From Candidatus Omnitrophota bacterium (GTDB taxonomy: Bacteria; Omnitrophota; Gorgyraeia; Gygaellales; JBFMHM01), in assembly GCA_040753015.1 (NCBI GenBank), contig JBFMHM010000003.1, positions 83,463 to 147,462 of the forward strand: a DNA stretch of 64,000 nucleotides, in the 5' to 3' direction. Both the position numbers and the translations under genes were made by a program. Shown one piece after another: positions 20,134 to 29,681 of this stretch. The first letter of the stretch is position 1. Every line of letters starts with the position of its first letter. The notes beneath the pieces were generated by a model. That model searched no databases, was not told the origin of the DNA, and saw only the letters and a program-made list of their open reading frames with translations.

Positions 20134-23100
20134 TTACCCAACAATTGTAATCTGTATTTGCGACAAGTCAATACCGCCGGTTGTAACAGGCGCGGTTTTT
20201 GCGCCTTGTCCTTTAGACGATACAGATTGTGCTTTGGCTAATACTTCCATTTCTTCTAAAGTTGTATTTGGATCGCTCGCCTTAGCCGCAGCAAGGTCAT
20301 CGATAAGCGGCTTAAACACTAGCTCTAATATTTCTTTATAATCACCGGCAATATGCAGGCCTTCTAAGTTAACGCGTATTCCAGCTTTAATTTCATTTAA
20401 AGCGGCAATAAGTAAATCAAATGATTGCTCATCATAATATTTATCGCTAGTTAATATTCTAATTACTTGCTTTGCCCGCTCAGTAATAGGGGCATCTAAT
20501 AAATCCGAGCCATTTAATTTAGCGATAAGTTCTTGTTTTAAAGCGGGCGATAAAACCGCTGCGCTAAATTGGTGCTCGGTTAATTTAGGAGCTTTAGCGT
20601 TAGCGCGAATACGATCAATTGTTCTTTGTAATTCTAAAAGTGCAGCTGGGTCTATTTTAACAATAGCCGTCCTTATAACTGATTCCATATCATATGAATC
20701 ACCAAGAGCTTTAAAATATGGTAACTGTTTAATCAAGAATTCAACTGTAGCTGGATCAGCGATCCGACCAAGCGCATTAATAATGGCTTTCCACTCTTGA
20801 ATTTTATCATCATACGAGGTCTCTGCCGCATGTTTTCCCATAACATCTTGATATGCCTTGATAAGCGCTTCTACTATTACCGGATTTCTTTCTCGTCCAA
20901 ACAGACGAATTATAGCCATCCTTTTATTTACATCATTGCTTACTTGAAGGTCCCTAATAACGCGCGAAACGCGTATTGGCACGCCTAACGCTTCAAGAAA
21001 AGGAAATAAAATTTTATCACAATAAGCTTGGTCGGTCTTAGGCAATCGATTGATTAAATCTTTGCGCCAGTTTGCCCATTGCTCAATTTCCGGATTAAAA
21101 CAACATCTTACATATTCTAAAAAAGCTTTGGTAAAAACACTCTGCGTATCTTCATATAAGGGGCGGGTAAGATCACCGGATTTTAATCTTACATATATTG
21201 CTTGTTCAAAATCTTTAATTATTAGATCTATCACAACCTTATTGCCAGCCTGCGATAAAGCAACAATAATAGCTTCTAAATCTTTGTCTTTCTGTAAAAG
21301 CCGTTTTAATTTCGTATATTGCTTTTCAGTAAAGCTTTCCTGATGAGTATTTGCTATTTGTATAAGGCTTGCTAATACTTCGGGTTTATTTTCATCTTGC
21401 GGTAATTGTTGCCTACGAGTTGGGGCTTGCGCATATTCTACGCGCCCAAGTAATACACTGACCGCCTCTTCTGTACCAATCTTACCCAACTCTGTAATAG
21501 CATCTTTGCGTGTTTGGTCTGGGTCGGTTCTCATTGCAATAAGCACACGAAAGTCTGCTTTTAGTTTAGGCCAATTATAATCAGTAGTTTCAATGATTTG
21601 AGCACATCTTTTAACTGCTTGCTCTCTTTGGCCTTTAGTCAAATCTTCAGCAAGTAATACACCGGTTAGCTGGAATTCAAGCTCTGTATTATAACGGCTA
21701 TCTCTTTTGCAAAGTTCAGTGTGTATTGCAACCATTGTATCTATTGCTTCAATTGCCGGGCCAAGAAGAATACGCTCTGCTAATCTGCGTGAGCCTTGAT
21801 GACATAGCTGTTGATTATTAACCATAGCATCAAGTGTCTCTACTGCTTTATCTTGATCAATTTTAGTTAAAAGTAATGACAAGAATTCAATACATTGAAC
21901 CTCATCGGATAACTTATAACTAACTATAGCTAATCTAGGCTGGTTTTGGCCTAGCGTATTTATAAAAATAGCTATTACCTGAGGTTCTTGTACGGCTATA
22001 AGCTCTACCATAAGATCAAAGGCAACAACGCCTTTAGCTTTAGCAAAGCCTGATAATGCTTTAACAACATCTGCTGGCAAGCGGCCAAGTATACATATAT
22101 CCGAGACTCTTCTTAGTTCTCTTGCGTATACTTGCTGCGGTGAGTCACTATCTGTTGTTCTTGCTGTAGCTGCAACACTGGCTTGTTGTTTTAATTTTTG
22201 CAACTTATCATAACTTCTACTAAGTTCAGTTTGTATTGCTTCTATGTCATCGATACTCTTTTGAAAGCTTATAGTTTCTGTTTGGCCTTTAGTTACAGTT
22301 CCTTGCTGCCTTATTGCATCTACTAAAGCAATAAGACTATTTACAGTAGTAAGCCCGGCAATTTTATCTTCGGTTTCAAGATGAGTTCTGATAGCAGCAA
22401 TATATGGTTTATATATTCTTGTTTCCATCATATGGGCAAGCACATAACAAGATAATGGTAAATTAATAAGGACTTCTTCAGTAAGTGTTCCTTTATATTG
22501 AGCAAAGCAAAGCCTAGCTCTTGCAGAGTCTAAAAAGCTTAGCCAAGTTATTAGGCTTACCACATCATCAGAAGTCCTGGCAAAACTACCCATAAATACT
22601 AAAGTTGCTGTTTCTGTATCTAAGTAAGTGAGTAATTCTAATACAGCTGGTTGTATATCTGGCTGCCTTGTAAGATTAACTAACATTCTAACGGCTTGTT
22701 CTTTATTACAATTAGTGCTTATAAGCAGTGCTATTTGACTAAACGCTTCTTGTCTTTGGGAGTTAGTAAGACAAGTTGCTTCTTGAAGCAATGTTCTTAG
22801 CCTTTGAGCAAGCGGTAGGCTTGTAACAGGCCAGGCCTTGTTTCTTGGAGAGAACATATCCATAACTCGCTTAGCTATACCTAATTCTTGCGGCTTTTCT
22901 TCATCTTCTGATACTTGAGCTTCTGGAATAGCTAAAGCAGTTATTGTTGTTCTTGCTTCAACAACATAATCTTCAAATAAAATACCAGCTGCTTGTAATT
23001 GTAATTCTGACCGTCTTTCATCTGTTATTGCCTCTGTAACAACAGCTAATCCTGGCGTAGATAGTTCAACATTAGTTACAAATATTGGCCTGTTGGCAAT

Positions 23101-26100
23101 ATACCTTAAGTTCCATCCTAACCTATTTATGAAGTAGCCTGCTCTTTGAGCTTTAGTGCCGTTATCTGCAGTTTGCGTATCACTAACCTGCTCTAACGTT
23201 AGATTATCCCTTAAAGATACGAAGAAATCATCTTGAATATTGCCATTAGTAATAGTCTCATTAACAACATCAACCAAGTATTCAAATACTAATCTTAGTT
23301 CTTGTAAAGAAGAGCTTGTTAGATTATTAATAACGCCTCTTGATAACAAGGCTGTTTCGCTATCTATGTAAGCTAAGGCAGTTTCAAGTATTAGCCTTTG
23401 CTCTTGACTGCCAGCTTGAGCATGCCTAATCATGCGCCTAAAATCAAGTAAGGTATATGCTAAATGCCTGCGCCTCTGCTCTGAATAAGCTAGGCCTTTA
23501 GATAAGTCTAAGTCTTGAAGCATGGGGCTTATACCGCTAGTTGCAGCTGCAGCTAAGACTGGGAGGGTTTGTGGAGAAGCAGCAGGGATTTCTGCTGTTC
23601 TTACCACACCAGACTTTTGGCTTTGAGTGGTTTGTTTTAGAGTTAACAAGCCTTTTCTGGTTTTTTCGTATTCTACGGTTACTTCTATACCTAGGATATC
23701 TTTTAAGGCTTGGGCTAAGTCTGTTGAGTCAGAGGTTTGAAGTAGTGTTAGAAAGTTTATTTCTTTACCTGTTTTTTCTCTTAATTGTTTATCTATTTCG
23801 TTGATGACTTTTTGAAGGGCTTCATTAGGCGCTGCACCTCCTCTTCCAAATTCAATGCCTAGTAAGTCGCAAAGGTCTTCTTCTAATTGCTTGAGTTTAG
23901 CTTTTTTGGTTTTCTTTTCTGAATAAAGCTGGTTTAAGTTAATTCCTGCGTCCTTTACTATTTGCTCAAGGCTAATGCCTTTTTCTTCTAAGTAATCTAT
24001 TACCACATGGCCTGTCTCATGGCCTTGAATGAAGTTAAGTACTTGCTCTAATGTAGGTATATTGTTATTAAAGTATTGCCTGAAATCTTTTAAATGCTTT
24101 TTTAATAGGTTACGGTTTACAATGTATATTGTACGAATATACTTAGTTATTCCTTCTACTACCTTCATTACCCTTGTAAATAGGCCGTGTATACGGTTAC
24201 GTAACATTAATGTTCTGTAAAGAAGGCGAAAACCAATTTCATATTGCTCAACAATGTCTTCTATTTTTTCTTCGCCACAGCATCTTAATGTTACGCCGTT
24301 TACTGTAATTTCGCTAGCTAATCCAGTTCTTTTGCGAGCACTATGAAGCCTTGCCGCAATAGCAGGTATTTCTGAATTTAAACTAGCATCTTCGATATGA
24401 ATATTACCATAGGTTATAGTAGTTTTTAATCTCCAAATTATTATACCTCTAGAGCCACTGGCATCACGTTGAAAGCCAACCTGCTCTATCATCATTTCTA
24501 ATGTATCCAAAATATAAACAAGATTTTCGCGGCTGATACCAGGACATAAATTCTCAACTTTTTCCTTAAGTATTTCATATATTCTGGATATACCACCACG
24601 AACACCAATCATAACGTTATCTCCAAAAACAAGAGATAATACTTTTTTTGCAAATTGCACTGATTCAGACAAAGAACCAGAAACTATTGAAGAATCTCTT
24701 TTAGCCCATATAGAATGCCCTTTAGTAACAGAACTATCACCTATATATTCTAATCGGCTCTCCACAATAGCAATTATTCTATCAACCATATTCGTATCCA
24801 TATTAGGATAATATTGCAATATGGTATTCCTAATACTTTGAAATAAATCAATTTTATCTCCAGGCCATTCTATCATCATAGTTCGATGCGATCGCCCTTG
24901 AGTCGGATCTGTTAGCTGTGAATTAGTAAAAAGGCTGGCCAGTATTTGTTCTGCTAAAAGGCGGCATTTTTCTTCCATCTCCATAGCTGACAATACAGCT
25001 GTTTTTGAAATTCCACCTTCTTTTAAAACGGCTTCATTAATTATTCGAAGTTCACTGGGCATTTTTGTAGTATCTACCTTTACATCAGCAAGCCCTATAG
25101 CTGTTAATCGTTCTTCTAATGTAGAGGCATCTGTGGTAAGAAATGTGGTTAGGCTTTGTTTCAATTGTCCTTTTAGAATGCTATCGAGCTTTTCAAGCTC
25201 ATCTTCTAAGTCTTTTGGTATGGCTATTTGCCCTAAGGCAAAGGCTAAACCAAATATATCTGCAAGCCGTTCTTCTTCAGTTTCAGATATTTCAGTTAAA
25301 AGATTACCTTGTAATTTTAGATTATCAATAAGTGCATGAAAGGTTTCGTGGCCATCTAAAAACCTAAGTGCTTGTTCTAATGTAGGAACAAAACCAAATA
25401 TTGGCTCAAAATCAGATAAGTGTTCTTGCACGCTCTGTTTATTTACATAAATAACTTTGCCATCTAATGTACGAACATATAAACCATGAATTAATGCTCT
25501 TTGTTCTTCAAATTGTTTTGTTTCTGGATTCCAAGTTAAAACACCTTTACAATTCGTTTTTTGTATTTTAAAGGCTTTTACCACATCACCAGGAGCAACA
25601 ATTTCTGAAAGAGGCATTGTAACATTAACTCCCCCACTAACATAGCTTCTTCTAATATTAGCCTTTAGCTCTTCATTGTAGTTAGTTTTAGAGAGGTGGT
25701 ATTCTCCTTGTTTTACTGAGTCTAGGTATGCAGCAAAGATTTGTTGTGGGGTTACAGGTTCTTTTGAGATAAGACCGTTTAGGTTGTTGGTGTTAATGAT
25801 TGATGAAAAGGCGTTCTTCAGTTCGTCCGTTCGCTGGTTCGTCAGTTCTTCTAACTTTTCGCTTTGACTTTTCCCGCCTGAGGCGGGTCCGCCTTTGGCG
25901 GATACGTTTTCTTTGTACCACTTAGCTAGTATTATTGCATTGTAAATTTGTCTTAGTGACTCATAGCTAGGGTCATGGTTTACTTTATAGGTTAGGTTAG
26001 GTAGTATTAGTTCTTTTAGTTGAGCTTCACAGTAGGATTGTAACTCTTGGTTGTTATCAAACTCCCCCTTTATCCCCCTCTTTGGTAAAGAGGGGGTCTG

Positions 26101-26772
26101 GGGGAGTTGTAGATACTCACTTTCCAGTAACACTTTCAGTGTTGATTTGGTTATTACACAGCTACCTTTTCCGTCTTCGTATACTTCTGCTTTGTCTGGG
26201 ACTATCCAGACACGGAAGGTTGTGGGAATACTAAGGGTTCGTCTGTTCTTCAGTTCGCCAGTTCGTCGGTTAGATAATTGTTTTGCCTTGGCAAATACAC
26301 GTTCCCAATAGGTAGTTGCTCCTGTAGATAATCCGGGAAATAGGCTAAAGGCTGTGTCTTTCTTAAGCTTTAGGTCTAGGAGTAGTAGATGCTTACCCAT
26401 GTCTGTGTAGGATAGATTAGTTCCTGTGAGCCTGTTAGGTTGGTTTGGGTTAAGGTTAACCCAGAATTCAGAGTCGTCTATTGTTAGAGCTGTTAGAAAG
26501 TAGTTTATGTTGGTCTGTAGGTTGTTACGTTGGTCTAGGGAAAGAATGGTGCCTTTGGGGATGTTTAGGTTGAATTGGATACCTGTAGAGACGCACTGCA
26601 GTGCGTCTCTACCATTTAAATCAATGCCCAATAATGTTGGGTTTAATTGCCCTGATGATATTTGGGTTATGTTTTGAAAACCATAACATAAGTGGTTAAA
26701 ACAAAAAATCCCTGCTAATAATAAGATAAATATACGTTTCATAGTTAAATTCATGATTAAATCAAAAATCAA
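20134..26772 (-). CDS. Giant secreted multidomain protein (2212 aa): signal peptide, two tandem zincin-like HExxH modules, long HEAT/PBS-lyase-like C-terminal region
   Basis: Single uninterrupted ORF with a hydrophobic N-terminus. Two HExxH sites, GHETFHA at aa 474-480 (nt ~25330-25350) and GHETGHV at aa 917-923 (nt ~24001-24021). Each is preceded by the same PTLEQ(A/V)L.F..GHE context and followed by E-rich ...EERLADIFG / ...EEDLCDLLG segments resembling thermolysin NEAISDIFG. The C-terminal ~1200 aa are helical repeats such as NPVIVEALIKAY...ALGRIADPATVEFLIKQL. Confidence 0.7.
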   Translation of the reverse strand: MIFDLIMNLTMKRIFILLLAGIFCFNHLCYGFQNITQISSGQLNPTLLGIDLNGRDALQCVSTGIQFNLNIPKGTILSLDQRNNLQTNINYFLTALTIDDSEFWVNLNPNQPNRLTGTNLSYTDMGKHLLLLDLKLKKDTAFSLFPGLSTGATTYWERVFAKAKQLSNRRTGELKNRRTLSIPTTFRVWIVPDKAEVYEDGKGSCVITKSTLKVLLESEYLQLPQTPSLPKRGIKGEFDNNQELQSYCEAQLKELILPNLTYKVNHDPSYESLRQIYNAIILAKWYKENVSAKGGPASGGKSQSEKLEELTNQRTDELKNAFSSIINTNNLNGLISKEPVTPQQIFAAYLDSVKQGEYHLSKTNYNEELKANIRRSYVSGGVNVTMPLSEIVAPGDVVKAFKIQKTNCKGVLTWNPETKQFEEQRALIHGLYVRTLDGKVIYVNKQSVQEHLSDFEPIFGFVPTLEQALRFLDGHETFHALIDNLKLQGNLLTEISETEEERLADIFGLAFALGQIAIPKDLEDELEKLDSILKGQLKQSLTTFLTTDASTLEERLTAIGLADVKVDTTKMPSELRIINEAVLKEGGISKTAVLSAMEMEEKCRLLAEQILASLFTNSQLTDPTQGRSHRTMMIEWPGDKIDLFQSIRNTILQYYPNMDTNMVDRIIAIVESRLEYIGDSSVTKGHSIWAKRDSSIVSGSLSESVQFAKKVLSLVFGDNVMIGVRGGISRIYEILKEKVENLCPGISRENLVYILDTLEMMIEQVGFQRDASGSRGIIIWRLKTTITYGNIHIEDASLNSEIPAIAARLHSARKRTGLASEITVNGVTLRCCGEEKIEDIVEQYEIGFRLLYRTLMLRNRIHGLFTRVMKVVEGITKYIRTIYIVNRNLLKKHLKDFRQYFNNNIPTLEQVLNFIQGHETGHVVIDYLEEKGISLEQIVKDAGINLNQLYSEKKTKKAKLKQLEEDLCDLLGIEFGRGGAAPNEALQKVINEIDKQLREKTGKEINFLTLLQTSDSTDLAQALKDILGIEVTVEYEKTRKGLLTLKQTTQSQKSGVVRTAEIPAASPQTLPVLAAAATSGISPMLQDLDLSKGLAYSEQRRRHLAYTLLDFRRMIRHAQAGSQEQRLILETALAYIDSETALLSRGVINNLTSSSLQELRLVFEYLVDVVNETITNGNIQDDFFVSLRDNLTLEQVSDTQTADNGTKAQRAGYFINRLGWNLRYIANRPIFVTNVELSTPGLAVVTEAITDERRSELQLQAAGILFEDYVVEARTTITALAIPEAQVSEDEEKPQELGIAKRVMDMFSPRNKAWPVTSLPLAQRLRTLLQEATCLTNSQRQEAFSQIALLISTNCNKEQAVRMLVNLTRQPDIQPAVLELLTYLDTETATLVFMGSFARTSDDVVSLITWLSFLDSARARLCFAQYKGTLTEEVLINLPLSCYVLAHMMETRIYKPYIAAIRTHLETEDKIAGLTTVNSLIALVDAIRQQGTVTKGQTETISFQKSIDDIEAIQTELSRSYDKLQKLKQQASVAATARTTDSDSPQQVYARELRRVSDICILGRLPADVVKALSGFAKAKGVVAFDLMVELIAVQEPQVIAIFINTLGQNQPRLAIVSYKLSDEVQCIEFLSLLLTKIDQDKAVETLDAMVNNQQLCHQGSRRLAERILLGPAIEAIDTMVAIHTELCKRDSRYNTELEFQLTGVLLAEDLTKGQREQAVKRCAQIIETTDYNWPKLKADFRVLIAMRTDPDQTRKDAITELGKIGTEEAVSVLLGRVEYAQAPTRRQQLPQDENKPEVLASLIQIANTHQESFTEKQYTKLKRLLQKDKDLEAIIVALSQAGNKVVIDLIIKDFEQAIYVRLKSGDLTRPLYEDTQSVFTKAFLEYVRCCFNPEIEQWANWRKDLINRLPKTDQAYCDKILFPFLEALGVPIRVSRVIRDLQVSNDVNKRMAIIRLFGRERNPVIVEALIKAYQDVMGKHAAETSYDDKIQEWKAIINALGRIADPATVEFLIKQLPYFKALGDSYDMESVIRTAIVKIDPAALLELQRTIDRIRANAKAPKLTEHQFSAAVLSPALKQELIAKLNGSDLLDAPITERAKQVIRILTSDKYYDEQSFDLLIAALNEIKAGIRVNLEGLHIAGDYKEILELVFKPLIDDLAAAKASDPNTTLEEMEVLAKAQSVSSKGQGAKTAPVTTGGIDLSQIQITIVG
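25873..25902. repeat. GC-rich double-hairpin element, copy B (CCCGCC-TGA-GGCGGG then TCCGCC-TTT-GGCGGA), in frame inside the giant gene
   Basis: Seen directly. Encodes SAKGGPASGGKS at aa 291-302 of the giant protein. Same orientation and reading frame as copy A. Confidence 0.6.
26077..26099. repeat. Nested GC-rich hairpin CCCCCTCTTT-GGTA-AAGAGGGGG (outer ACTCCCCC...GGGGGAGT) in frame in the giant gene
   Basis: Seen directly; encodes PSLPKRGIKG; strongly GC-rich against a ~30% GC background. Confidence 0.5.
26585..26612. repeat. Perfect 28-bp palindrome GTAGAGACGCACTGCAGTGCGTCTCTAC in frame in the giant gene
   Basis: Seen directly; encodes GRDALQCVST near the signal peptide. Confidence 0.5.
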
Positions 26773-26885
26773 AATGCAAAAATCAAAATTACAAATTAAA
26801 ATTCAAAATTAGATTCAAATACCCTAAAATCTTTAATTTTTGATATGTCATTTTGATATTTGATTTTTAATATTTGATATATTCT
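26758..26885. promoter_or_regulatory. AT-rich iterated motif block upstream of the giant gene (AAAATCAAAAT repeats facing TTTGATAT/TTTGATTTT repeats)
   Basis: Seen directly: at least 5 AAATCAAAA-type units at 26758-26820 and at least 4 TTTGAT(A/T)T units at 26838-26880, reverse complements of each other. Lies in the ~365-bp region 5' of the giant ORF. Confidence 0.3.
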
Positions 26886-26954
26886 TATAGTATAAGTATG
26901 CACTATAGATAGGCTAATTTCAAGGGTTTTGGGGCGAAAAATGTAAGCGGTTAC

Positions 26955-26990
26955 AAATCAGGTATACCTCTTGGTGATTATACCTGATTT
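26955..26990. other. Perfect 12-bp inverted repeat AAATCAGGTATA ...12 nt... TATACCTGATTT (stem-loop)
   Basis: Seen directly, in the intergenic region between the leuA-3' duplicate and the giant gene; no flanking T-run. Confidence 0.3.
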
Positions 26991-27060
26991 GATCCCGAGT
27001 CATACGAGGGAACTATCATATAACCACTTTAAAATACTAGACTTAAGAATTACGCAGTAT

Positions 27061-27127
27061 ATTTATTTATTGCGTTTAGGTAGGCTTTAATTGAGGCTTC
27101 AATTACATCTGTTGAACTGCCGCGGCC
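27061..27127. repeat. Direct-repeat copy (~67 bp, ~90% identical) of the leuA 3'-terminal coding segment 28187..28253
   Basis: 27061-27115 is identical to 28187-28241 (55/55), then ~10/14 more bases match. This copy lies 10 bp beyond the yhcG-like stop, so the ~1.06-kb yhcG segment is bracketed by the repeats. Confidence 0.7.
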
Positions 27128-27137
27128 AATTTTAAGT

Positions 27138-28145
27138 TTATTTCACAATATTTAATTTTTTCGCCCAGTCTTTCGATGAGGGCAAATATTTTTTTAGCGT
27201 CTTTGGCAACGACTTATTTAAAGAATATGTCGAAACACCTATCGGTTTTTTAACATCCTTAAGGGCATATTCAACAACTGTACGGCTCTTACTTTTACAA
27301 ATAATAATTCCAATGGCCGGATTTTCTTCTTCAAGTTTATCCCGATCATTAAGCGCAGAAAGATAAAACTGCATCTTCCCAGCATACTCAGGTTTAAAAT
27401 CGCCGATCTTAAGCTCAATTGCAACTAAACATCTCAATTTTCTATGATACAAAAGAATATCCACGAAATATTCGCGGCCGTCAATCTCTATCCTATGTTG
27501 ATTGGTGATAAAACAAAAGTTTCCGCCTAATTCCAGCAGAAACCGCCTAACATTTACCATGAGTGCCCGCTCCAACTCATTCTCCAAATGCTCATCACCC
27601 AATTCCAAAAAATCAAATGTGTACTCATCCTTAACAGCGAGTTTTGCTTGATTTCGAATATTAACGGGCACTGTTTTGTCAAAGCTAGTCTGATTAAGAA
27701 GCGTTTTATCGTAAGACTGATTCTCGATTTGATGAATAAGAACATCTTTCGTCCACCCGAACTTCTTAGTCATGTTGATATAGAAAACGCGCGCTTCTTC
27801 TTTCTTGCACTGGCTCATAATAACCAGATGTTTCGCCCAACTAATTTCTCCAACCAATGGTTGGAGAATTAAGCTCCCTTGATATTCTCCATAAAACTGC
27901 CTCATATACCAAAGATTCTGCGACGAAAAACCCTTGATTCCCGGAAATTCCTTTTGTAAATCTTGAGCTAATGTTTCAACAATCGCCTTACCCCACCCAA
28001 ACTCTTTTTGCTTCTCAATAATCCTTCTCCCAATATCCCAATAAAGCGCAATAAGTTCTTTATTAACAACTTTTAATGCTTCATATTGCGAAGAGCGAAC
28101 TCGTTCTTTAATATCCTCAAGAAAAAACTTATAATCACTATTCAA
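27138..28145 (-). CDS. YhcG/DUF1016 family PD-(D/E)xK nuclease
   Basis: N-terminus (...YEALKVVNKELIALYWDIGRRIIEKQKEFGWGKAIVETLAQDLQKEFPGIKGFSSQNLWYMRQFY...) matches the conserved YhcG-N/DUF1016 pattern. The C-terminal region has a PD-(D/E)xK-like core (IGIIICK...). Confidence 0.65.
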   Translation of the reverse strand: MNSDYKFFLEDIKERVRSSQYEALKVVNKELIALYWDIGRRIIEKQKEFGWGKAIVETLAQDLQKEFPGIKGFSSQNLWYMRQFYGEYQGSLILQPLVGEISWAKHLVIMSQCKKEEARVFYINMTKKFGWTKDVLIHQIENQSYDKTLLNQTSFDKTVPVNIRNQAKLAVKDEYTFDFLELGDEHLENELERALMVNVRRFLLELGGNFCFITNQHRIEIDGREYFVDILLYHRKLRCLVAIELKIGDFKPEYAGKMQFYLSALNDRDKLEEENPAIGIIICKSKSRTVVEYALKDVKKPIGVSTYSLNKSLPKTLKKYLPSSKDWAKKLNIVK

Positions 28146-28175
28146 TTTTAGCTTCGTAATGTCCTCGCTTTTATG

Positions 28176-29681
28176 TTAAACGACTAATTTATTTATTGCG
28201 TTTAGGTAGGCTTTAATTGAGGCTTCAATTACATCTGTTGACGAGCCACGGCCAAAGATTTCTTTATTTTTTATAGTTAGTTTTAGCGTTACTTCCCCTT
28301 GAGCGTCTTTACCGTGAGTTACCGCAGAAATTTTATAGTCAGAAAGTTTTGGTGTTAATTTAGTAATTTTATCAATTGTTCTAAAACAGGCATCAACCGG
28401 ACCATCCCCCGAAGACTCTGCACAAACATTCTTTCCTTCAAATTTTAAAATAATTGCGCTTTTTGGTTTGATCTTATTACCTGAAGTTATTTCAAAACTT
28501 TGCAATTTATAGATTTCTTTAACTTTTTTTATTTCTTCATCTAAAATAATCAATAAATCATCATCAAAAATTTCTTTTTTCTTATCGGCAAGATCTTTAA
28601 ATTTTATAAAAGCCTCATCAATTTGTTTTTGGCTTAATTTAAATCCTAATTTTTCAAGGCGGCTAGTAAAGGCATGACGGCCAGAGTGTTTTCCAAGCAC
28701 AATTCCTTCAATAATAAAACCGACATCTTCAGGGTTAATTATTTCATATGTTGATGCCTCTTTTAATACACCGTCCTGGTGAATTCCTGACTCATGACGA
28801 AAAGCATTTCCACCAACAATTGCTTTATTCCGCGGAACCTCAAAACCCGTAAGTTTACTAACCAAGCGAGAAGTCTTGCAAATTTCTTTTGTATTGATCG
28901 TTGTATATAAATTTTTGAATATGTTTTTCTTTACCCACATCGCCATAACTATTTCTTCTAAGCTTGCGTTTCCTGCGCGCTCACCAATACCATTAATAGT
29001 ACATTCCACTTGGCGCGCCCCATTTAAAACTGCACTCAAACTATTTGCACTAGCAAGTCCTAAGTCATTATGACAATGCACAGAAATAACTACCCTATCA
29101 ATATTAGGCACATTATTTTTTATATCACGAATAAGTTCGCCAAAACCCTGCGGCTCAGTAAAACCAACGGTATCGGGAATATTTATCGTTTTTGCACCAA
29201 CATCAATTACAGCTTCTACGACTTTATACAAAAATTCTTTTTCTGTCCTTGCCGCATCTTCTGGAGAAAATTCAATATCGTTAATATATTTTTTCGCATA
29301 TTTTACACTCTCAACTGCCAGGCGCAAAATTTCATCTTTAGCCTTATTAAGCTTGAATTTTCTATGAATTGGGGATGTTGCTAAAAATACATGTATACGA
29401 GGACGCTTTGCTTTTTTAACAGCCTGATATGCCGCGTCTATATCTTTACGGGTTGCACGCGCTAAGCCGCACACGCCGCATTTTTTTATTTTCAAAGCAA
29501 CAGTCTCAACCGCCTTAAAATCTCCTGGGCTTGCAATAGGAAAACCTGCTTCAATAATATTAACCCCTAAGCGCTCTAACTGTAAAGCAACTTCAAGCTT
29601 TTCTTGAGGGTTTAATGCTGCGCCCGGCGCCTGTTCTCCATCACGCAGAGTCGTATCAAAAATAACTACTTTTTCATCCAT
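28176..29681 (-). CDS. leuA: 2-isopropylmalate synthase
   Basis: N-terminal [11 protein letters not shown] and HxH motifs (HCHNDLGLA); ~500 aa with the LeuA dimerisation/regulatory C-terminus. Confidence 0.85.
   Translation of the reverse strand: MDEKVVIFDTTLRDGEQAPGAALNPQEKLEVALQLERLGVNIIEAGFPIASPGDFKAVETVALKIKKCGVCGLARATRKDIDAAYQAVKKAKRPRIHVFLATSPIHRKFKLNKAKDEILRLAVESVKYAKKYINDIEFSPEDAARTEKEFLYKVVEAVIDVGAKTINIPDTVGFTEPQGFGELIRDIKNNVPNIDRVVISVHCHNDLGLASANSLSAVLNGARQVECTINGIGERAGNASLEEIVMAMWVKKNIFKNLYTTINTKEICKTSRLVSKLTGFEVPRNKAIVGGNAFRHESGIHQDGVLKEASTYEIINPEDVGFIIEGIVLGKHSGRHAFTSRLEKLGFKLSQKQIDEAFIKFKDLADKKKEIFDDDLLIILDEEIKKVKEIYKLQSFEITSGNKIKPKSAIILKFEGKNVCAESSGDGPVDACFRTIDKITKLTPKLSDYKISAVTHGKDAQGEVTLKLTIKNKEIFGRGSSTDVIEASIKAYLNAINKLVV

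Noticed and set aside
26758-26885. Possible CRISPR-like array (short repeated AT-rich units)
   Set aside because: Units are 8-11 bp, irregularly spaced, with no 24-40 bp repeat/spacer periodicity and no cas genes nearby. More consistent with a regulatory AT-rich motif array.
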